Below, one piece after another: positions 63,133 through 64,000 of a stretch of 64,000 nucleotides of DNA. Under the pieces are notes generated by a model. It ran no database searches, was not told where the DNA came from, and saw only the letters and a program-made list of their open reading frames with translations. The stretch's first letter is position 1. Each line of letters starts with the position of its first letter. The DNA is from Xanthobacteraceae bacterium (GTDB lineage: Bacteria; Pseudomonadota; Alphaproteobacteria; Rhizobiales; Xanthobacteraceae). The stretch spans positions 7,842 through 71,841 of the forward strand of contig DASQXF010000143.1 of the NCBI GenBank assembly GCA_035639895.1, in the 5' to 3' direction. Both the position numbers and the translations under genes were made by a program.

Positions 63133-63328
63133 CGATCTACGGCGTCAGATCAACATGCCGACGGCTCGCGAAGAGCGATCCTACGGGCCTTTGTCTTCAC
63201 ACTTGCATCTGTTACAGAGGGGTGCCCCACCCGCGTCAAAGGGACGCCAGTGTCGAGCACGGCGGTTAAAGAGACCTGAACGGAGGGAATGCCGTCCCGT
63301 GGCGGCGAAGTGGCGAGGGTCGGAAACG

Positions 63329-64000
63329 ATGGCGCAGCGCAAAAAACCGCTCGTGGTCGTCACGCGCAAGCTTCCGGACAGCATCGAGACGCGCATGCGC
63401 GAACTGTTCGACGCGCAGCTCAATCTCGACGACAAGCCCATGACGCCGGCGCAGCTCGCCGATACCGTCAAGAGCGCTGATGTGCTGGTGCCCACCGTGA
63501 CCGATCGCATCGATGCGTCGGTGCTGAGCAGGGCCGGAGATAAACTCAAGCTGATCGCCAACTATGGCAACGGCGTCGACCACATCGATGTTGTCACCGC
63601 CCTTAGCCGCGGCATCACCGTAACCAACACGCCGGGCGTCCTTACCGAGGATACCGCCGACATGACCATGGCGCTCATCCTCGCCGTGCCGCGTCGTCTT
63701 GCCGAGGGCGCCGCCGTGCTGAGTGAGGACAAACCCTGGCCTGGCTGGTCGCCGACCTGGATGCTCGGCCACCGCATCTGGGGCAAGCGTCTCGGCATCA
63801 TCGGCATGGGCCGGATCGGGCAAGCGGTAGCGCGCCGCGCCCGCGCGTTCGGGCTGCAGATCCACTACCACAACCGCCGCCGCGTACCGCCCAAGATCGA
63901 GGAGGAGCTGACCGCGACCTATTGGGAGAGCCTCGATCAGATGCTCGCCCGCATGGACATCATCTCGGTCAACTGTCCGCACACGCCAGCAACCTTTCAT
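63329..64000 (+). CDS. D-isomer-specific 2-hydroxyacid dehydrogenase (glyoxylate/hydroxypyruvate reductase-like), 3'-truncated by the window end
   Basis: Not in the ORF track because it is open at the window end. My translation from ATG 63329 reads MAQRKKPLVVVTRKLPDSIETRMRELFDAQLNLDDKPM...GVDHIDV...TNTPGVLTEDTADMTMALILAV...GKRLGIIGMGRIGQAVARRA (NAD-binding GxGxxG). The listed minus ORF 63266..64000 is its antisense shadow. Confidence 0.88.
   Translation, partial: MAQRKKPLVVVTRKLPDSIETRMRELFDAQLNLDDKPMTPAQLADTVKSADVLVPTVTDRIDASVLSRAGDKLKLIANYGNGVDHIDVVTALSRGITVTNTPGVLTEDTADMTMALILAVPRRLAEGAAVLSEDKPWPGWSPTWMLGHRIWGKRLGIIGMGRIGQAVARRARAFGLQIHYHNRRRVPPKIEEELTATYWESLDQMLARMDIISVNCPHTPATFH

Noticed and set aside
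63266-64000. A listed 244-aa minus ORF at the window end.
   Set aside because: The plus strand from ATG 63329 encodes a clear 2-hydroxyacid dehydrogenase with a GxGxxG NAD-binding site. The minus ORF is its shadow.

Overview
This window is a core-chromosome segment of a high-GC alphaproteobacterium (roughly 63-65% GC, judged by eye). The order is most likely Hyphomicrobiales/Rhizobiales. Supporting this are a Bradyrhizobium-type Irr with the GCPWHD heme-regulatory motif, a ccmABCDG (cycVWZX/cycY-like) cluster divergent from acnA, mdh-sucCD, and fabA-fabB-fabI next to irr. I count about 62 tightly packed protein-coding genes, almost all housekeeping. They cover the TCA cycle (mdh, sucC, sucD, acnA), cytochrome c maturation (ccmA-D, ccmG), and translation, ribosome and tRNA functions (rplU, rpmA, obgE, rimP-nusA-infB-rbfA-truB, rpsO, pnp, trpS, tsaB, rimI, miaB, mtaB, trmB, ybeY, an RluA-family synthase). 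They also cover envelope and lipid functions (lnt, fabABI, a TesA/YbbA/YbbP-like module, an Omp25-type porin) and metabolism (dapF, proB, metK, adenosine kinase). Regulators include Fur/Mur, Irr and an XRE-family HTH protein. I recognise no rRNA, tRNA, CRISPR array, transposase, integrase or phage gene, and no convincing novel multi-gene system such as a defence island. The window looks like an ordinary conserved region. What deserves a second look is mostly non-coding: (1) a promoter followed by two tandem intrinsic terminators in the rimP-nusA-infB leader; (2) an orphan plus-strand terminator with a structured GC-rich segment between two minus-strand genes, a candidate sRNA; (3) an 18-nt AT-rich quasi-palindrome present at 17/18 identity in two distant promoter regions, upstream of the XRE gene next to metK and in the fabA-irr spacer; (4) synteny breaks, namely a porin gene inserted after sucD and proA missing after proB, replaced by a small SD-preceded ORF; and (5) terminator-like or structured leaders upstream of rplU, ybhL, rpsO and pnp. 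Many long listed ORFs are antisense shadow ORFs typical of high-GC DNA and were rejected. Start codons are my best choices and several are uncertain by 10-20 codons.
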